Shown: piece after piece, positions 1 to 10,934 of the stretch
Numbering within the stretch: position 1 is the stretch's first letter
Layout: the number at the start of each line of letters is the position of its first letter
Made by a program: the position numbers and the translations under genes
Notes under the pieces: generated by a model
Told to the model about the DNA's origin: nothing
Databases searched by the model: none
Seen by the model: only the letters and a program-made list of their open reading frames with translations
Assembly: GCA_003223415.1 (NCBI GenBank)
Contig: QHUY01000028.1
Coordinates: forward strand, 1,270 to 65,269
DNA length: 64,000 bases
DNA from: Gemmatimonadota bacterium
GTDB taxonomy: Bacteria; Gemmatimonadota; Gemmatimonadetes; Gemmatimonadales; GWC2-71-9
Direction: 5' to 3'

Positions 1-30
1 GGCTAGGGGCTCGGGGATCGGGGCTCGGGC
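1..30. repeat. Tandem heptamer array, family D (GGGGCTC/GGGGATC units), truncated by the window edge
   Basis: Read directly as ggctagg ggctcgg ggatcgg ggctcgg. The unit is the same as in the arms of 52271-52357. The array abuts the stop codon (32-34) of the minus-strand CDS. Confidence 0.6.
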
Positions 31-31
31 G

Positions 32-943
32 TCACGGAGCGGCGATCAAGCGCCGAATCAGATCCGCCCTCGTCAAGAAACCAACGACGGTGCCCTCGCG
101 CACCACGGGGAAGCGGTCGACGTCCTTGCTGTTCATCAAGTTCGCCACGTCGGAGAGCGTTTGCTCCTCCGAGAGACACAGCACGGTGCGCGCCATCGCT
201 TCCTTCACGAGGAGCCGACGAGGGTCGGCGCTGCCGCGCTGGAGCTGCGCGGCTGTGGGGGCGCGGAACTCGCCGCTCTTGGTGCGCTGCAAGTAGCTCG
301 GGATCAGGTGGCGCAGCAGCTCGCGGTGCGTGATGATGCCGACCAGCGCGCCGGAATCGTCCACCACGGGCAGCGCGCGCACGTCGTGCTCGAGCAGGAA
401 CTTGGCCACCTCCCCGAGCGTCTGGTCGGGCTTGGCCGTGTAGACGTGCGGGGTCATGACGTCCCGGACCGTCAGGTGGGTGGGCAGCTCGATCGCCCCG
501 AAGGCGCCCAGGGCCACTACCTGCTCCGGCGTCTTAGCGGCGAGCAGCGAAAGCACCGTCTCCGGGTTGCTGAGCGCGCGCGCGAAGGCGCCCACCACCT
601 GCAGGTAGGTCGGCGTCTCGCGCGGTGGGGCCACGATCAGGATCACCACCCGTGCCGTGCGGTGGGGGTCTTTTTCCCAGCGGATCGGCGTCGGGGCGAT
701 GCCCACCGCGGACACCAGACCGGTCACCGCCTCGGTGCGGAAATGCGGCAGGAAGGCGTGCTCGCCGACGCTGACCATGTCTTCGGGCCAGGCGTGCTTG
801 ATGACGGCCGTGAGCCGCTGCGGCTCGGTCACCGCGCCCGCCGCGATCAGGCGCTCGGCCAGCTGCTCGGTGGCGTCCTTCACGGTGGCGGCCTGGAGCG
901 GTACCACCACGTGCTCGGGCTTCAGGACGTCGCCGAGCTTCAC
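32..943 (-). CDS. PTS EIIA type-2-like domain plus tandem CBS domain protein
   Basis: The C-terminal 303 aa of ORF 32..1924 are protein-like. The GTG start forms a GTGA overlap with the sucD stop. The N-terminal half resembles an EIIA-2 fold and the C-terminal half has two CBS repeats (VMTP...[13 protein letters not shown]). Confidence 0.6.
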   Translation of the reverse strand: MKLGDVLKPEHVVVPLQAATVKDATEQLAERLIAAGAVTEPQRLTAVIKHAWPEDMVSVGEHAFLPHFRTEAVTGLVSAVGIAPTPIRWEKDPHRTARVVILIVAPPRETPTYLQVVGAFARALSNPETVLSLLAAKTPEQVVALGAFGAIELPTHLTVRDVMTPHVYTAKPDQTLGEVAKFLLEHDVRALPVVDDSGALVGIITHRELLRHLIPSYLQRTKSGEFRAPTAAQLQRGSADPRRLLVKEAMARTVLCLSEEQTLSDVANLMNSKDVDRFPVVREGTVVGFLTRADLIRRLIAAP

Positions 944-1809
944 AACCGTTCCTTCAGCAGCGGCACGACGTCGGCGGGGCGTTTCATCACGCCGATCCCG
1001 GCCGCGGCGAGGGCCCGCATCTTCTCGGCGGCGGTGCCGCTCGACCCGGAGATGATGGCGCCGGCGTGCCCCATGCGGCGGCCCGGCGGCGCCGTCTGCC
1101 CGGCGATGAAGCCGACCACGGGCTTGGTCATCCCTCCCTTGACGAACTCGGCGGCGAGCTGCTCGTCGGTGCCGCCGATCTCGCCGATCATGACGACGGC
1201 CTCGGTCTCCGCGTCGGCCTCGAACGCGGAGAGGCAGTGAATGAAGCTGGTGCCGATGATCGGGTCGCCGCCGATGCCGACGCACGTAGACTGGCCGAAG
1301 CCCTGGGTCGACAGCTGATGGATGATCTCGTAAGTGAGCGTGCCGCTGCGCGACACCACGCCGATCTTGCCCGGCGTGCAGATGTTGCCGGGGATGATGC
1401 CCACCTTGCTCTGGCTTGGGGAGATGAGCCCCGGGCAGTTCGGCCCGATGAGCCGGGCGCCGCGCTCGTGCACGAACGGGATGACCTTCGTCATGTCGAG
1501 CACCGGGATGCCCTCCGTGATGCACACGACCAGGCCGAGCCCCGCGTCCACGGCTTCGAAGATCGCCGAGGCCGCCGCGGCGGCGGGCACGTAGATCACC
1601 GCGGTGTTCGCCGCGGCCTCCGCAACCCCTTCCGCGACGGTATTGAACACCGGCACCAGGCCCTCGAACAGCTGGCCCCCTTTGCCGGGCGTCACGCCGG
1701 CCACGACCTTGGTGCCGTAGCTCAACATCTGCTTGGCGTGGAAGGAGCCGTCCCGCCCGGTGATGCCCTGGATGAGCAGGCGCGTCTCCTTGTTGATGAA
1801 GATGCTCAC
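940..1809 (-). CDS. sucD: Succinyl-CoA synthetase alpha subunit
   Basis: Motifs SRSGTLTYE and [10 protein letters not shown] (phosphohistidine loop). GTGA overlap with the sucC stop. 289 aa. Confidence 0.93.
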   Translation of the reverse strand: MSIFINKETRLLIQGITGRDGSFHAKQMLSYGTKVVAGVTPGKGGQLFEGLVPVFNTVAEGVAEAAANTAVIYVPAAAAASAIFEAVDAGLGLVVCITEGIPVLDMTKVIPFVHERGARLIGPNCPGLISPSQSKVGIIPGNICTPGKIGVVSRSGTLTYEIIHQLSTQGFGQSTCVGIGGDPIIGTSFIHCLSAFEADAETEAVVMIGEIGGTDEQLAAEFVKGGMTKPVVGFIAGQTAPPGRRMGHAGAIISGSSGTAAEKMRALAAAGIGVMKRPADVVPLLKERL

Positions 1810-2942
1810 GCCGCCCGCTCCACAGCCTGCTTGACCGCTTCGTCCATGTCGGTGAGGGCAGAGTAACCGGCCTTGGTGAGGATTTCCACCGCCTCCCGCT
1901 CGTTGGTGCCGGTGAGCCGGACAATCAACGGTACCCTGAGGGGGAACCGACTCGTCGCCTGCACGATCCCGTTGGCGACGTCGTCGCAGCGGGTGATGCC
2001 GCCGAAAATGTTGAAGAGGATCGCCTTCACGTTGGGGTCGGCGGTGATGATCGCGAGCGCGTCCACGACCTTCTGCGGGTTGGAGCTGCCGCCGATGTCG
2101 AGGAAGTTGGCGGGCGCGCCGCCGTAGTATTTCACCAGGTCCATGGTGGCCATGGCGAGGCCCGCCCCGTTGACGCAGCAGCCGACCGTCCCCTCCAGCT
2201 TGATGAACGTGAGCCCGGCTTTCCGGGCCGCGACCTCCGATGGCGCTTCGGCGGTGGCGTCCCGCAGGGCGGCAATCTCCGGCCGGCGCTCGAGCTCGTT
2301 GTCGTCCACCACGATTTTCGCGTCGAGCGCCACCACCGCGCCGTCGGGTGTGGTCACGAGGGGGTTGATCTCCGCGAGCGAGGCTCCGACCGCGTAGACC
2401 GCGGCGGCGAGTTTCTGCATGATGTCCGCGGCGGCGCGCGCCGCGCCCAGGCCCGGATAGAGCTTGAAGCCGAGGCCGAGCGCCTGGTGCGGCAGCAGCC
2501 CGAAGCGGGGATCGATCGCGAGCCGGTAGATCTGCTGAGGTGTCTGTGCGGCGACTTGCTCGATGTCGATCCCGCCCGCCGGGCTGACCATCAGCACGGG
2601 GCGCTGCGAGGCGCGGTCGACGATGATGCCGACGTAGCTCTCGGATGCGATCTCGGCCGCCGGCGTGACCAACACCTTGTGCACCGGCAATCCCTTGATG
2701 GTCATGCCCAGGATCTGCGTCGCGGCCGCGGCGGCCTCGGCTGCGCCGCTCGCCAGTTTGACGCCGCCGGCTTTGCCGCGGCCGCCGGCATGCACCTGGG
2801 CCTTCACCACGACCTTGCCGCCCCCCCCCAGGCGAGCGGCGATGGCGCGTGCCTCCTCGGGGCTCGCGGCCACGGCGGCCGCGGGCATGGGAATGCCGTG
2901 GCGCTGGAGGATCTCTCGCGCCTGGTATTCGTGCAGGTTCAC
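1806..2942 (-). CDS. sucC: Succinyl-CoA synthetase beta subunit
   Basis: [12 protein letters not shown] and [15 protein letters not shown] (ATP-grasp). 378 aa. Confidence 0.93.
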   Translation of the reverse strand: MNLHEYQAREILQRHGIPMPAAAVAASPEEARAIAARLGGGGKVVVKAQVHAGGRGKAGGVKLASGAAEAAAAATQILGMTIKGLPVHKVLVTPAAEIASESYVGIIVDRASQRPVLMVSPAGGIDIEQVAAQTPQQIYRLAIDPRFGLLPHQALGLGFKLYPGLGAARAAADIMQKLAAAVYAVGASLAEINPLVTTPDGAVVALDAKIVVDDNELERRPEIAALRDATAEAPSEVAARKAGLTFIKLEGTVGCCVNGAGLAMATMDLVKYYGGAPANFLDIGGSSNPQKVVDALAIITADPNVKAILFNIFGGITRCDDVANGIVQATSRFPLRVPLIVRLTGTNEREAVEILTKAGYSALTDMDEAVKQAVERAA

Positions 2943-3895
2943 CCGCGCTCCTGCGTGATCGTGGTCCCCGCCTCGCCCTCCCTCGCAAGGGCGGCGAGCC
3001 CCTGCGACAGCTCGGCGATGACCGCGCGCTCGCCTCCCGAGCGGACGAACGCCGCCGCCGCTTCGACTTTCGGACGCATGCTCCCGGTGCCCAGCTCGCT
3101 GCCCGCCAGTAGCTGGTCCGCCTCGGCGAGGCTGAGCTGGCGAACCGCCGTCTGGTGCGGCGTCCCGAAGCCGCGGTACACCGCATCCACGTTCGTCAGG
3201 ATCAGCAGCACCTGGGCCCCGATTTCGCGGCCCAGGATCGCTGCCACGCGGTCTTTGTCGACTACTGCGTCAATGCCCTCCAGCCCGAGCGGGGGATCGG
3301 TGTACACCGGCGGCCCGCCGCCGCCGCAGGCAATCACGATGTGCCCGGCGCTCACGAGGTGGCGGATCATGTGCCGTTCGACGATCCCGATGGGCACCGG
3401 GCTGGGCGTCAGCCGTCGCCAGCGCCCCGCTTGCTCTTCCCGCACGGGCACGCCGCGTGCCTGCAGCCGCGCCACCTGCACCCGGTCGAGCGGATGGCCG
3501 ATCGGCTTGGTCGGCGTCCGCAGATTCCGGTCGTGGGCGTCGCACAGCGTCTGCGTGATCAGCGTGACCACCGTGCGCTCGACCCCGGCGCGTGCCAACG
3601 CGTTCTGCAGCGATTGCTGGATCATGTAGCCCATCCAGCCTGCGGTCGCGGCCACGAGCACGCCGAGCGGCAGCGGCTCCACTTGGTCGGCGGCGAGCTC
3701 GTTGCGAGCCAGGTCGTCGCCGACCTGCGGTCCGTTGCCGTGCACCAGCGTGATGTGCCACCCGCCGCGCGCCAGCTCCACGATCGGCGCCAGACTCTCC
3801 CGCGTGTGGCGGAACTGGTTGGCGATCGTGGGCCGCTCCCCCGGAGGGGCGACGGCGTTACCGCCGAGCGCGACGACGATCGATCCGGGGTTCAC
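2939..3895 (-). CDS. arcC: Carbamate kinase
   Basis: VVALGGNA and HGNGPQVG motifs. 318 aa. 4-nt overlap with the sucC start. Confidence 0.85.
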   Translation of the reverse strand: MNPGSIVVALGGNAVAPPGERPTIANQFRHTRESLAPIVELARGGWHITLVHGNGPQVGDDLARNELAADQVEPLPLGVLVAATAGWMGYMIQQSLQNALARAGVERTVVTLITQTLCDAHDRNLRTPTKPIGHPLDRVQVARLQARGVPVREEQAGRWRRLTPSPVPIGIVERHMIRHLVSAGHIVIACGGGGPPVYTDPPLGLEGIDAVVDKDRVAAILGREIGAQVLLILTNVDAVYRGFGTPHQTAVRQLSLAEADQLLAGSELGTGSMRPKVEAAAAFVRSGGERAVIAELSQGLAALAREGEAGTTITQERG

Positions 3896-3906
3896 GCGCG
3901 CGCAAC

Positions 3907-4014
3907 CTAGTGCCGTTCCAACCTGACGGCAATGGGGAAAAAGCGCGCTCCGAGTCCAACGCGAGCGGTTGGTGTCTCACCGTTACTCGACGAGTATGCT
4001 TGGAACGGCACTAG
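3907..4014. repeat. Intercistronic element bounded by a perfect 15-bp inverted repeat (CTAGTGCCGTTCCAA / TTGGAACGGCACTAG)
   Basis: The arms are at 3907-3921 and 4000-4014, read directly. The element fills the gap between the UPF0182 stop and the arcC start. Confidence 0.7.
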
Positions 4015-4019
4015 CCAGG

Positions 4020-6521
4020 TCAGGGGGAGTGAGCAAGCTTGAGCAGCTCCGAGAGCCGGCGGTACAGCGCGGCGAACCGCTCCAGGTCCCCGGCGGCCAG
4101 GGCGGCATCGGCTGCGGCGGCGAGGCGTTGGGCCTCCCGCCAGCGGCCCCGGAGCGTCGTGTCGGCCGGGGCCCCAGGGGTCGACAACATGTTCCGGAGG
4201 GCGGCGAGCGGCGTCGGCCCCACGCCCCGCCGGTTGCCCAGTGACAGGTAGACGCGCAGCAGCCGAGGGGGGGGGGCGCCGTCGGTGTCGATCGCCTGGG
4301 CGAACTGCGCTTGGGTGGCGAGCAGCTCGCCGCCCGCCGGCCAGAGACGCAGCACCCCCGGCTTCGTATCCGCGGCGCCGAGCACATCCGGCGGCCGGGG
4401 CTCTCGCCGCATGGGGCGCCACAGGTAGAGCCGGCGGCCGAGGGGCGTCACGGTGCCGGCGAGCAGCGCCTCGAAGCGCTTCTCCGTCGTGGCGTTGGAC
4501 TCGAACCCCTGCGCGGTCCAGCGGGTGAGGTGCGCTCCGCCGTCCGGGTCCGGCGCGACGAGGTCGAAGGGGTCGCTCGGCCGCGGGGCCCAGCCGAGCG
4601 AGTCGCCCTCGAGGCGCTCGAGCGCGGCCGCGGCGAGTCGGAAGGCGCCGCGTGGATAGGGCAGTTGGGCGCGCAGACCGGCCGGCAGGCTGTCGAGCGG
4701 CTGGACGAGCGGGGCGAACAGCCGCGCCCACGCCGACGTGAGCGAGTCCGTGCCAGGCGCAAACCAGAGACGCGTCTCTCCGGTGGCGGCGTTCACGCCC
4801 CCGAGCAGCCCGGCCCGGCGAAAGCCCACCGGGCGGTCCTGCCAGGTGATGGGCCGCGCGAGCGGGAACGCGTCGCTCTCCACATAGCCGTAGGCGAGCC
4901 ACCACAGGGCCCCCCCCCGAGCGAGGACGGGTGCCGGCCGATCGAACTCCGCGAAGGGCGCAAGCCGCGAGAGTCGTTCCGTCACGTCGCGCCGCCACAG
5001 GAGGAGCCAGCCGCGCGTCCCGGCGCGGGCCAGCTCGGGACTCTGCAGCACCCACGCCAACGCCAGCCGCCGCCAGCGGCCTTCGAGGGGAATGCCCGCG
5101 GCGCGCAGCACCCGCCCTTCCCTGCCGGCCGTGTCCGCGATGACGAACTGCCCGAACCCGGGACCGAACCAGGTCTCGGCCGGCGCTTCCACGAGCGGCT
5201 CGAGGGCCAGCCCGGTGTCCGTCTCCTGAGCGGCGAGCGGCGGGCCCGTGTGCGCCCAGGCGCCGCGGTGGACGTCGTCCCAGGCGGGCTGGGGCTGGAG
5301 CAGCAGCAGGGATGAGTCGTCGGGCGCCGGGGCGACGATCCAGCGGCGCCGCGCGGGGACGGTGGGCAGGGGAGCGCCGTCGGGCGAGGCGGCGAGAGCA
5401 ACGCCCGCCACGGTGGCGCGGGGGCCGAGCTGGGAGGTGCGGCCAACGACCATGGCTACGCGGCCGGCGTCCCACTGCGGCAGCGCCCCCAGCGCCTGGT
5501 CCACGCCGGCGAACTCAGGCGGCGCGCGCCGCTCGAGGCTACCCCCGTCGGCTCCGAACGCGAGCCGCTCGAACTGGGCACGCTGGGCCGGATAGGGAGG
5601 ATCGAGGCCGCGATCAGCGCGCGTACGCCTGCCCCCGGCCGCCCCACGAGCGATCGCCGGGAGCAGGCCGTACACGCCGACGAGGGCCAGCAGCAACGCC
5701 CCCCAGGTACCGCCGAGGAATCCGGTGCGATCGCGCCAACCCCACGCGAGACTCGCCAGCGCCGCCGCCACTGCGAGCACGGCCACGACGGGCGCTCCCG
5801 GTAGCCGCACGTTGAGGAGCGCGCGGTCTACCACACCGTGCAGCCCTGCCACGACCTCGGCGGGATCGAGCCACGCGCCCCACGCGAGCGCCATGGCGAC
5901 GCACGCGAGCAGCACACCGAGATGGCCGCGTGCATGCTGGCTCGCCACCGGGCGACCGCGCGAAAACCGCAGTGAGCCGATCCCCATGTAGAGCAGCGCG
6001 ACGACGACGGTGGCCGTCGCCGCCGCGAGCAACGCGAAGCTCTGGCGGGTCTGCGCCCACGGCAGCTCGCCGACGTAGTAACCGAGGTCCTTGCCGAGCA
6101 CGGGATCTGAGATCCCGAACTGCGGGGGTGCCGTTGCCAGGGCCGCCTGGCGCCACCAGTCCCCTGTGCCCCACGAGAGCCCGATCCCGAAGAGCAGCCC
6201 GCTTGCCAGCGTCACGGCGAGCAACACGCGCTGCGGCACGGCCTCGACGATCTCGAGGTTGCCGAGGCGGCGAGGCATCTGCACCGAGCCGATCACCCGG
6301 TAGACGAAGTAGACGTGGATGGTGCCCCAGGCGACGGCGAGCAGCAGGATGGCGAGCCGCACGACGCGCGCGAGGGCCCGGGCGTCGAGGTAGACGCTCC
6401 CCGCCGGCACACCGGCGGCCCACGCTCGCTCGGCGGTCTCCAGCGCCAGCCACCGCCCCCCCACCAGCAGGACGACCAGCACCGCGGCGGCCGCGACCAC
6501 GCTCCAGCGGCGCCGGGCCAT
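4020..6521 (-). CDS. UPF0182 family large membrane protein
   Basis: N-terminal multi-TM region containing DPVLGKDLGYYVGELP, the family-typical D-P-x-x-G-x-D-L-G-x-Y-x-x-E-L-P. Large soluble C-terminal part. The internal ATG at 6521 (MARRRWSVV) was chosen because upstream ORF sequence is Arg/Ala-rich low complexity. 833 aa. Confidence 0.75.
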   Translation of the reverse strand: MARRRWSVVAAAAVLVVLLVGGRWLALETAERAWAAGVPAGSVYLDARALARVVRLAILLLAVAWGTIHVYFVYRVIGSVQMPRRLGNLEIVEAVPQRVLLAVTLASGLLFGIGLSWGTGDWWRQAALATAPPQFGISDPVLGKDLGYYVGELPWAQTRQSFALLAAATATVVVALLYMGIGSLRFSRGRPVASQHARGHLGVLLACVAMALAWGAWLDPAEVVAGLHGVVDRALLNVRLPGAPVVAVLAVAAALASLAWGWRDRTGFLGGTWGALLLALVGVYGLLPAIARGAAGGRRTRADRGLDPPYPAQRAQFERLAFGADGGSLERRAPPEFAGVDQALGALPQWDAGRVAMVVGRTSQLGPRATVAGVALAASPDGAPLPTVPARRRWIVAPAPDDSSLLLLQPQPAWDDVHRGAWAHTGPPLAAQETDTGLALEPLVEAPAETWFGPGFGQFVIADTAGREGRVLRAAGIPLEGRWRRLALAWVLQSPELARAGTRGWLLLWRRDVTERLSRLAPFAEFDRPAPVLARGGALWWLAYGYVESDAFPLARPITWQDRPVGFRRAGLLGGVNAATGETRLWFAPGTDSLTSAWARLFAPLVQPLDSLPAGLRAQLPYPRGAFRLAAAALERLEGDSLGWAPRPSDPFDLVAPDPDGGAHLTRWTAQGFESNATTEKRFEALLAGTVTPLGRRLYLWRPMRREPRPPDVLGAADTKPGVLRLWPAGGELLATQAQFAQAIDTDGAPPPRLLRVYLSLGNRRGVGPTPLAALRNMLSTPGAPADTTLRGRWREAQRLAAAADAALAAGDLERFAALYRRLSELLKLAHSP

Positions 6522-6523
6522 GG

Positions 6524-7900
6524 TCACAAGTGGACGCCGTTCGCCGCCAGCCAGCCTTCGACCTCGGCCCGGTAGGCGGCGAGCGCCTTGTCCGAGGTCG
6601 CCTCGAAGCGGAGCACCAGTGCGGGCTGCGTGTTGGAGGCCCGGAGCAGCCCCCACCCCTCCGCGAACGTGATCCTGACCCCATCCAGCGTGAACACCGG
6701 ATACTTCGCGGCGAAGTGCCGCGCGGCGCGCTCGACGACGTCGAACTTGCGCTCGTCGGGGCAGTCCACCCGGAGCTCCGGCGTCGACACCGTCCGCGGC
6801 AGATCGGCGAGGAGGCGCGACAGCGGCCCGCCCTCCCGCGCGACGTAGTGCAGCAGCCGCGACGCGGCAAACAACGCATCGTCGAAGCCGTACCAGTCGC
6901 CGCCGAAGAAGATGTGGCCGCTCATCTCTCCGGCGAGCGCCGCGCCGCTCTCCTTCATCTTCTGCTTGATCAGCGAGTGGCCCGTCTTCCACATCAGCGG
7001 CACGAGGCCGGCGCGCTGCAGCATCTGCGGCAGCACCTCGGAGCACTTCACGTCGAAGATGACCGGCTTGCCCGGGCCGAAGCGCCACGCCAAGTCCCGG
7101 CCGAACAGCACCAGCAGCGTGTCGCCGAACACCGGCGTGCCCCGCTCGTCCACGGCCCCGATGCGGTCGCCGTCGCCATCGAAGGCAATGCCGAGCTCCG
7201 CCCGCTCCTGTACGACGGCGGCCTGAAGGTCCTTCAGGTTCTCGAGCACCGTCGGGTCGGGGTGGTGGTTGGGGAACCTGCCGTCCGACTCGGCGAACAA
7301 GGGCACGACGTCCGCGCCGAGCTGCCGCAACGTGTCGATCGCGATCAAGCTCGCTACGCCGTTGCCGCAGTCCGCGACCACCTTCACACGTCGGGCGAGC
7401 GGTGCGTTACGGGCGACGATAGCGTCGCGGTACTCGGTGAGGAGGGAGCCATGCGCGGTGAGCCGACCCCCGGTCCGGGTCTCCGTGCGGTTGTCGTCGA
7501 TCATCTCGCGGAGGCCTTGGATCTCCTCCCCGTAGATCGCCTCGTCGCCCAGCACGAGCTTGAAGCCGTTGAACTGCGGAGGGTTGTGCGAGCCGGTGAC
7601 CTGCACTCCCCCGTCCACGTCGAGCGTGTGCGTCGCGAAGTACAGCGCGGGGGTCGGGCATTCCCCCACGTCCACCGCAGTGCCGCCCGCCGCCACGATC
7701 CCCGTGCGCACGCCGTCCGCGAGGTCCGCGCCCGAGGGACGATTGTCCCGCCCCACGGCGAGGCGTGGGGCGCGGCCCAGTCGCTGGCTACCGAGCGTCG
7801 TGACCGCCGCGGCGATGGCGTGCGCGACGTGGGCCGTGAGCTGGTCGCCCACGGTGCCGCGGATGTCGTATTCCCGGAAGATGGTGGCGGGGACGTACAC
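6524..7900 (-). CDS. Phosphomannomutase/phosphoglucomutase
   Basis: IFREYDIRG and TGSHNPPQFNGFK (active-site Ser loop). GTG start at 7900. 458 aa. Confidence 0.88.
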   Translation of the reverse strand: MYVPATIFREYDIRGTVGDQLTAHVAHAIAAAVTTLGSQRLGRAPRLAVGRDNRPSGADLADGVRTGIVAAGGTAVDVGECPTPALYFATHTLDVDGGVQVTGSHNPPQFNGFKLVLGDEAIYGEEIQGLREMIDDNRTETRTGGRLTAHGSLLTEYRDAIVARNAPLARRVKVVADCGNGVASLIAIDTLRQLGADVVPLFAESDGRFPNHHPDPTVLENLKDLQAAVVQERAELGIAFDGDGDRIGAVDERGTPVFGDTLLVLFGRDLAWRFGPGKPVIFDVKCSEVLPQMLQRAGLVPLMWKTGHSLIKQKMKESGAALAGEMSGHIFFGGDWYGFDDALFAASRLLHYVAREGGPLSRLLADLPRTVSTPELRVDCPDERKFDVVERAARHFAAKYPVFTLDGVRITFAEGWGLLRASNTQPALVLRFEATSDKALAAYRAEVEGWLAANGVHL

Positions 7901-7920
7901 TGGGGAAACCCGCCTGGGGA

Positions 7921-9444
7921 TCAGTGACCGGGGGAGAACGTCGGCGCAGCGATGGCGCCCGCTGCCGCGCCGCGCTGCACCGTCGCGCTCGTCTTGGACA
8001 GGTCGAGGAGCCGGTTGGGGGCCACGCCGAAAAACAGCAGGCCCGCCACCGCCACCGCCATCGCGACGCGCCCGAAGCCGTCGAGGCACACCTCGGCGTG
8101 CGCCTCGGTCGAAACAGCTGGCTGCATGTACATCGCCATGACCACGGGGAGATAATAGCCTGCCGACACCACGCTGGTGAGCACCAACAGGGCGGCGAGC
8201 CAGCCCTGCCCCGTGCTCATCGCCGCCACCAGGATGTACCACTTGCCGATGAAGCCGGCGGTGCCCGGGAAACCGAGCAGCGACAGCATGCAGACGCTCA
8301 GCGCGAAGGCCAGCCAGGGCCGCTGCGCGGCGAGGCCTGCCAGGTCGTCGATCTGCACGTCGCTCTCGCCGCCGCGCCCCTTGGCGGCCAGCAGGGCGAA
8401 CGCGGCGAGCGTCGTGAGGCTGTAGGCGACGAGGTAGAAAACGAACGCCGCCGAGCCCGCCGCCACGCCGGTCGCCACGGCCACCAGCAGGTAGCCGGCG
8501 TGGGCCACGGACGAGTAGGCGAGCATCCGCTTGAGCGAGCGCTGCGCCAGGGCGATCAGGTTGCCCGCGACCATGGTCGTGATCGCCAGGCCGGCCACGA
8601 TCTCGCGCCAGGCGCCCACGGGGCCGAATGCTTCGCCCACCACCCGGAACAGCGCCGCGAACGCGGCGGCTTTCACCGCGGTCGCCATGTAGCCCGCCAC
8701 CGGCGTCGGCGAGCCGTCGTAGACGTCTGGCGCCCACATGTGGAACGGCACGGCGGCGACCTTGAAGCCGAAGCCGATCAGCAGCAGCGCGACTCCCAGG
8801 AGGAGCAGCGGGGCGTGCTGCAGCTCGAGGGACACGACCTGGACGCCGATGAGAGAGAGGTTGGTGGTCCCCGTGGCGCCGTACACCAGGGCGATGCCGT
8901 ACAGCAGGAACGCCGAGGCGAACGCTCCTAGCAGGAAGTACTTCAGACCCGCCTCCGCGGCGCGTGGGCTCCGGCGGTTGAACCCGGCCAGCGCGTACAG
9001 GCAGATCGACATGAGCTCGAGGCCGAGAAAGATCACCATCAGGTCTTCCCCGCCCCCCATCAGCATCATGCCGATCGTCGCGAACACGAGCAGCACGTAG
9101 TACTCCGGGGCGAGCAACCCTTCGCGCTCGAGGTAGCGCATCGAGAACAGCACCGTGAGCAGCGCGCCGCCCAGGAAGATCCAGTCGGCGACGAAGCGGA
9201 AGTCGTCCACGGCGATCATGGTGCTGATGCCTGCCGCGTGGGCGCTCTGCCACCACAGCCACCAGGCGGCACCAGCCGCCGTGGCCAGGGCGACCAGCGT
9301 CAGCCAGCCGGCCAGGCGTAAATCGCGCGCAGTGCCGTGCCGCCACGCCACCACCAGAAGCAGAATCAGGGCCCAGGCCGAGAGGACGAGCTCCGGCAAC
9401 AGGGCCGTGAGCAGCTGCGGGTAGTTGGAGACGTCCAGAGTCAA
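7921..9444 (-). CDS. nuoN: NADH-quinone oxidoreductase subunit N
   Basis: Polytopic antiporter-like protein. TTG start forms a TTGA overlap with the nuoM stop. Last gene of the nuo operon. Confidence 0.85.
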   Translation of the reverse strand: MTLDVSNYPQLLTALLPELVLSAWALILLLVVAWRHGTARDLRLAGWLTLVALATAAGAAWWLWWQSAHAAGISTMIAVDDFRFVADWIFLGGALLTVLFSMRYLEREGLLAPEYYVLLVFATIGMMLMGGGEDLMVIFLGLELMSICLYALAGFNRRSPRAAEAGLKYFLLGAFASAFLLYGIALVYGATGTTNLSLIGVQVVSLELQHAPLLLLGVALLLIGFGFKVAAVPFHMWAPDVYDGSPTPVAGYMATAVKAAAFAALFRVVGEAFGPVGAWREIVAGLAITTMVAGNLIALAQRSLKRMLAYSSVAHAGYLLVAVATGVAAGSAAFVFYLVAYSLTTLAAFALLAAKGRGGESDVQIDDLAGLAAQRPWLAFALSVCMLSLLGFPGTAGFIGKWYILVAAMSTGQGWLAALLVLTSVVSAGYYLPVVMAMYMQPAVSTEAHAEVCLDGFGRVAMAVAVAGLLFFGVAPNRLLDLSKTSATVQRGAAAGAIAAPTFSPGH

Positions 9445-10931
9445 GCGGCCCCGGGCTGAACGGACTGGATGAACTGCCGTGCGGCCGGCTCCATCCGCTC
9501 GAGAATCGGCTTCGGATACACGCCGATCCACACGATCCCGGCGAGCAGCGGGATCAGGACGGCCAGCTCCCGCGGCGTCAGATCGAGCAGGCTCTCGTTC
9601 TCGTGCTTGTCGAGCGGGTTGTAGATCACGCGCTGCAGCGCGCCCAGGAGGTACATCGCGGCGACGATCACGCCGCCGGTCGCGATGGTCGCGGCCACCG
9701 GGTGGGTCTGGAACACGCCGAGCAGCACCAGGAACTCGCCGACGAAGCCGTTCGTGCCGGGCAGCCCGATGGCGGAGAGGGAGACCACGGTGAGCGTGGC
9801 GGCGAGCAGCGGCACGACCTTGGCGATCCCTCCGAAGGCCGCGACCAAGCGGCTGTGCCGGCGCTCGTACAGCATGCCCACGAGAAAGAACAGCGCCCCC
9901 GTCGAGATGCCGTGGTTGATCATCACCAGCAGGGCCCCCTGCACGCTCTGCAGCGTGAGGGCCCAGATGCCGAGCATCACGAAGCCGAGGTGCGCGACCG
10001 ACGAATACGCGATGAGCTTCTTGAAGTCGGGCTGCACCATCGCGACCAGGCCGCCGTAGATGATCCCGATGAGCGACAGCGTGACGATGGCGGTCGTGAC
10101 CGTCGGATGCAGGGCGACCGTGGGGAAGAACGGCAGCGCGAAGCGCAGGAACCCGTACGTCCCCATCTTCAGCAGGATGCCGGCCAGGATCACGGAGCCG
10201 GCCGTCGGCGCCTCCACGTGGGCGTCGGGGAGCCAGGTGTGGAAGGGGAACATCGGCACCTTGATCGCGAAGGCGAGGAAGAAGGCGCCGAAGAACCACC
10301 ACGCCGCGGGGCCGAGGTCGCCGAGGTTGCCGAGCACGTGGGTGTAATCGAAGGAGTACGTCCCCGTGCGCGCGCCCACGGCGAAGTACAGCCCGAGGAT
10401 CGCCACCAGCATCAGCAGCGACCCCAGCATCGTATAGATGAAGAACTTGATCGCCGCGTACAGCCGGTTCTCGCCGCCCCACACGCCGATGATGAAGTAC
10501 ATCGGAATGAGCATCACTTCCCACATCACATAGAAGAAGAAAAGATCGAGGGCGACGAATACCCCGATCATCCCCGTGGTGAGCACGAGCAGCAGCGCGT
10601 AGAAGGAGCGCTCGCGCTTGGTGATGTAGCTGTAGCTCCCCAACACCGACAACGGCACGAGGAAAGTCGTGAGCAGCACCAGGAAGAGCGAGATGCCGTC
10701 CACGCCCACCTTGTACGAAATGCCCCAGCCGGGAATCCACGCGAACGTCTGGACGAGCTGCATCCCGGCGGCCGGTACGAAGATCCACCACAGCGGCAGC
10801 GAAAGGGCGAACTCGACCAGGCTCGCGGCCAGGGCGAGATGCTTGGCCGCTCGCTCGGGGGCGATCCAGATCACGGCCGCGGCAACGAGCGGCCAGACCA
10901 GCAGCGCGGTGAGGACCCAATGGGCGTACAT
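9441..10931 (-). CDS. nuoM: NADH-quinone oxidoreductase subunit M
   Basis: 496-aa antiporter-like subunit with the expected position in the operon. Confidence 0.88.
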   Translation of the reverse strand: MYAHWVLTALLVWPLVAAAVIWIAPERAAKHLALAASLVEFALSLPLWWIFVPAAGMQLVQTFAWIPGWGISYKVGVDGISLFLVLLTTFLVPLSVLGSYSYITKRERSFYALLLVLTTGMIGVFVALDLFFFYVMWEVMLIPMYFIIGVWGGENRLYAAIKFFIYTMLGSLLMLVAILGLYFAVGARTGTYSFDYTHVLGNLGDLGPAAWWFFGAFFLAFAIKVPMFPFHTWLPDAHVEAPTAGSVILAGILLKMGTYGFLRFALPFFPTVALHPTVTTAIVTLSLIGIIYGGLVAMVQPDFKKLIAYSSVAHLGFVMLGIWALTLQSVQGALLVMINHGISTGALFFLVGMLYERRHSRLVAAFGGIAKVVPLLAATLTVVSLSAIGLPGTNGFVGEFLVLLGVFQTHPVAATIATGGVIVAAMYLLGALQRVIYNPLDKHENESLLDLTPRELAVLIPLLAGIVWIGVYPKPILERMEPAARQFIQSVQPGAA

Positions 10932-10934
10932 CGG

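Noticed and set aside
32-3186. ORFs 32..1924 (630 aa) and 940..3186 (748 aa), which suggest much larger proteins than annotated.
   Set aside because: Only the C-terminal parts are protein-like. The N-terminal extensions overlap the conserved upstream genes (sucD, sucC) out of frame. Internal GTG starts forming GTGA overlaps with the upstream stop fit the family lengths.
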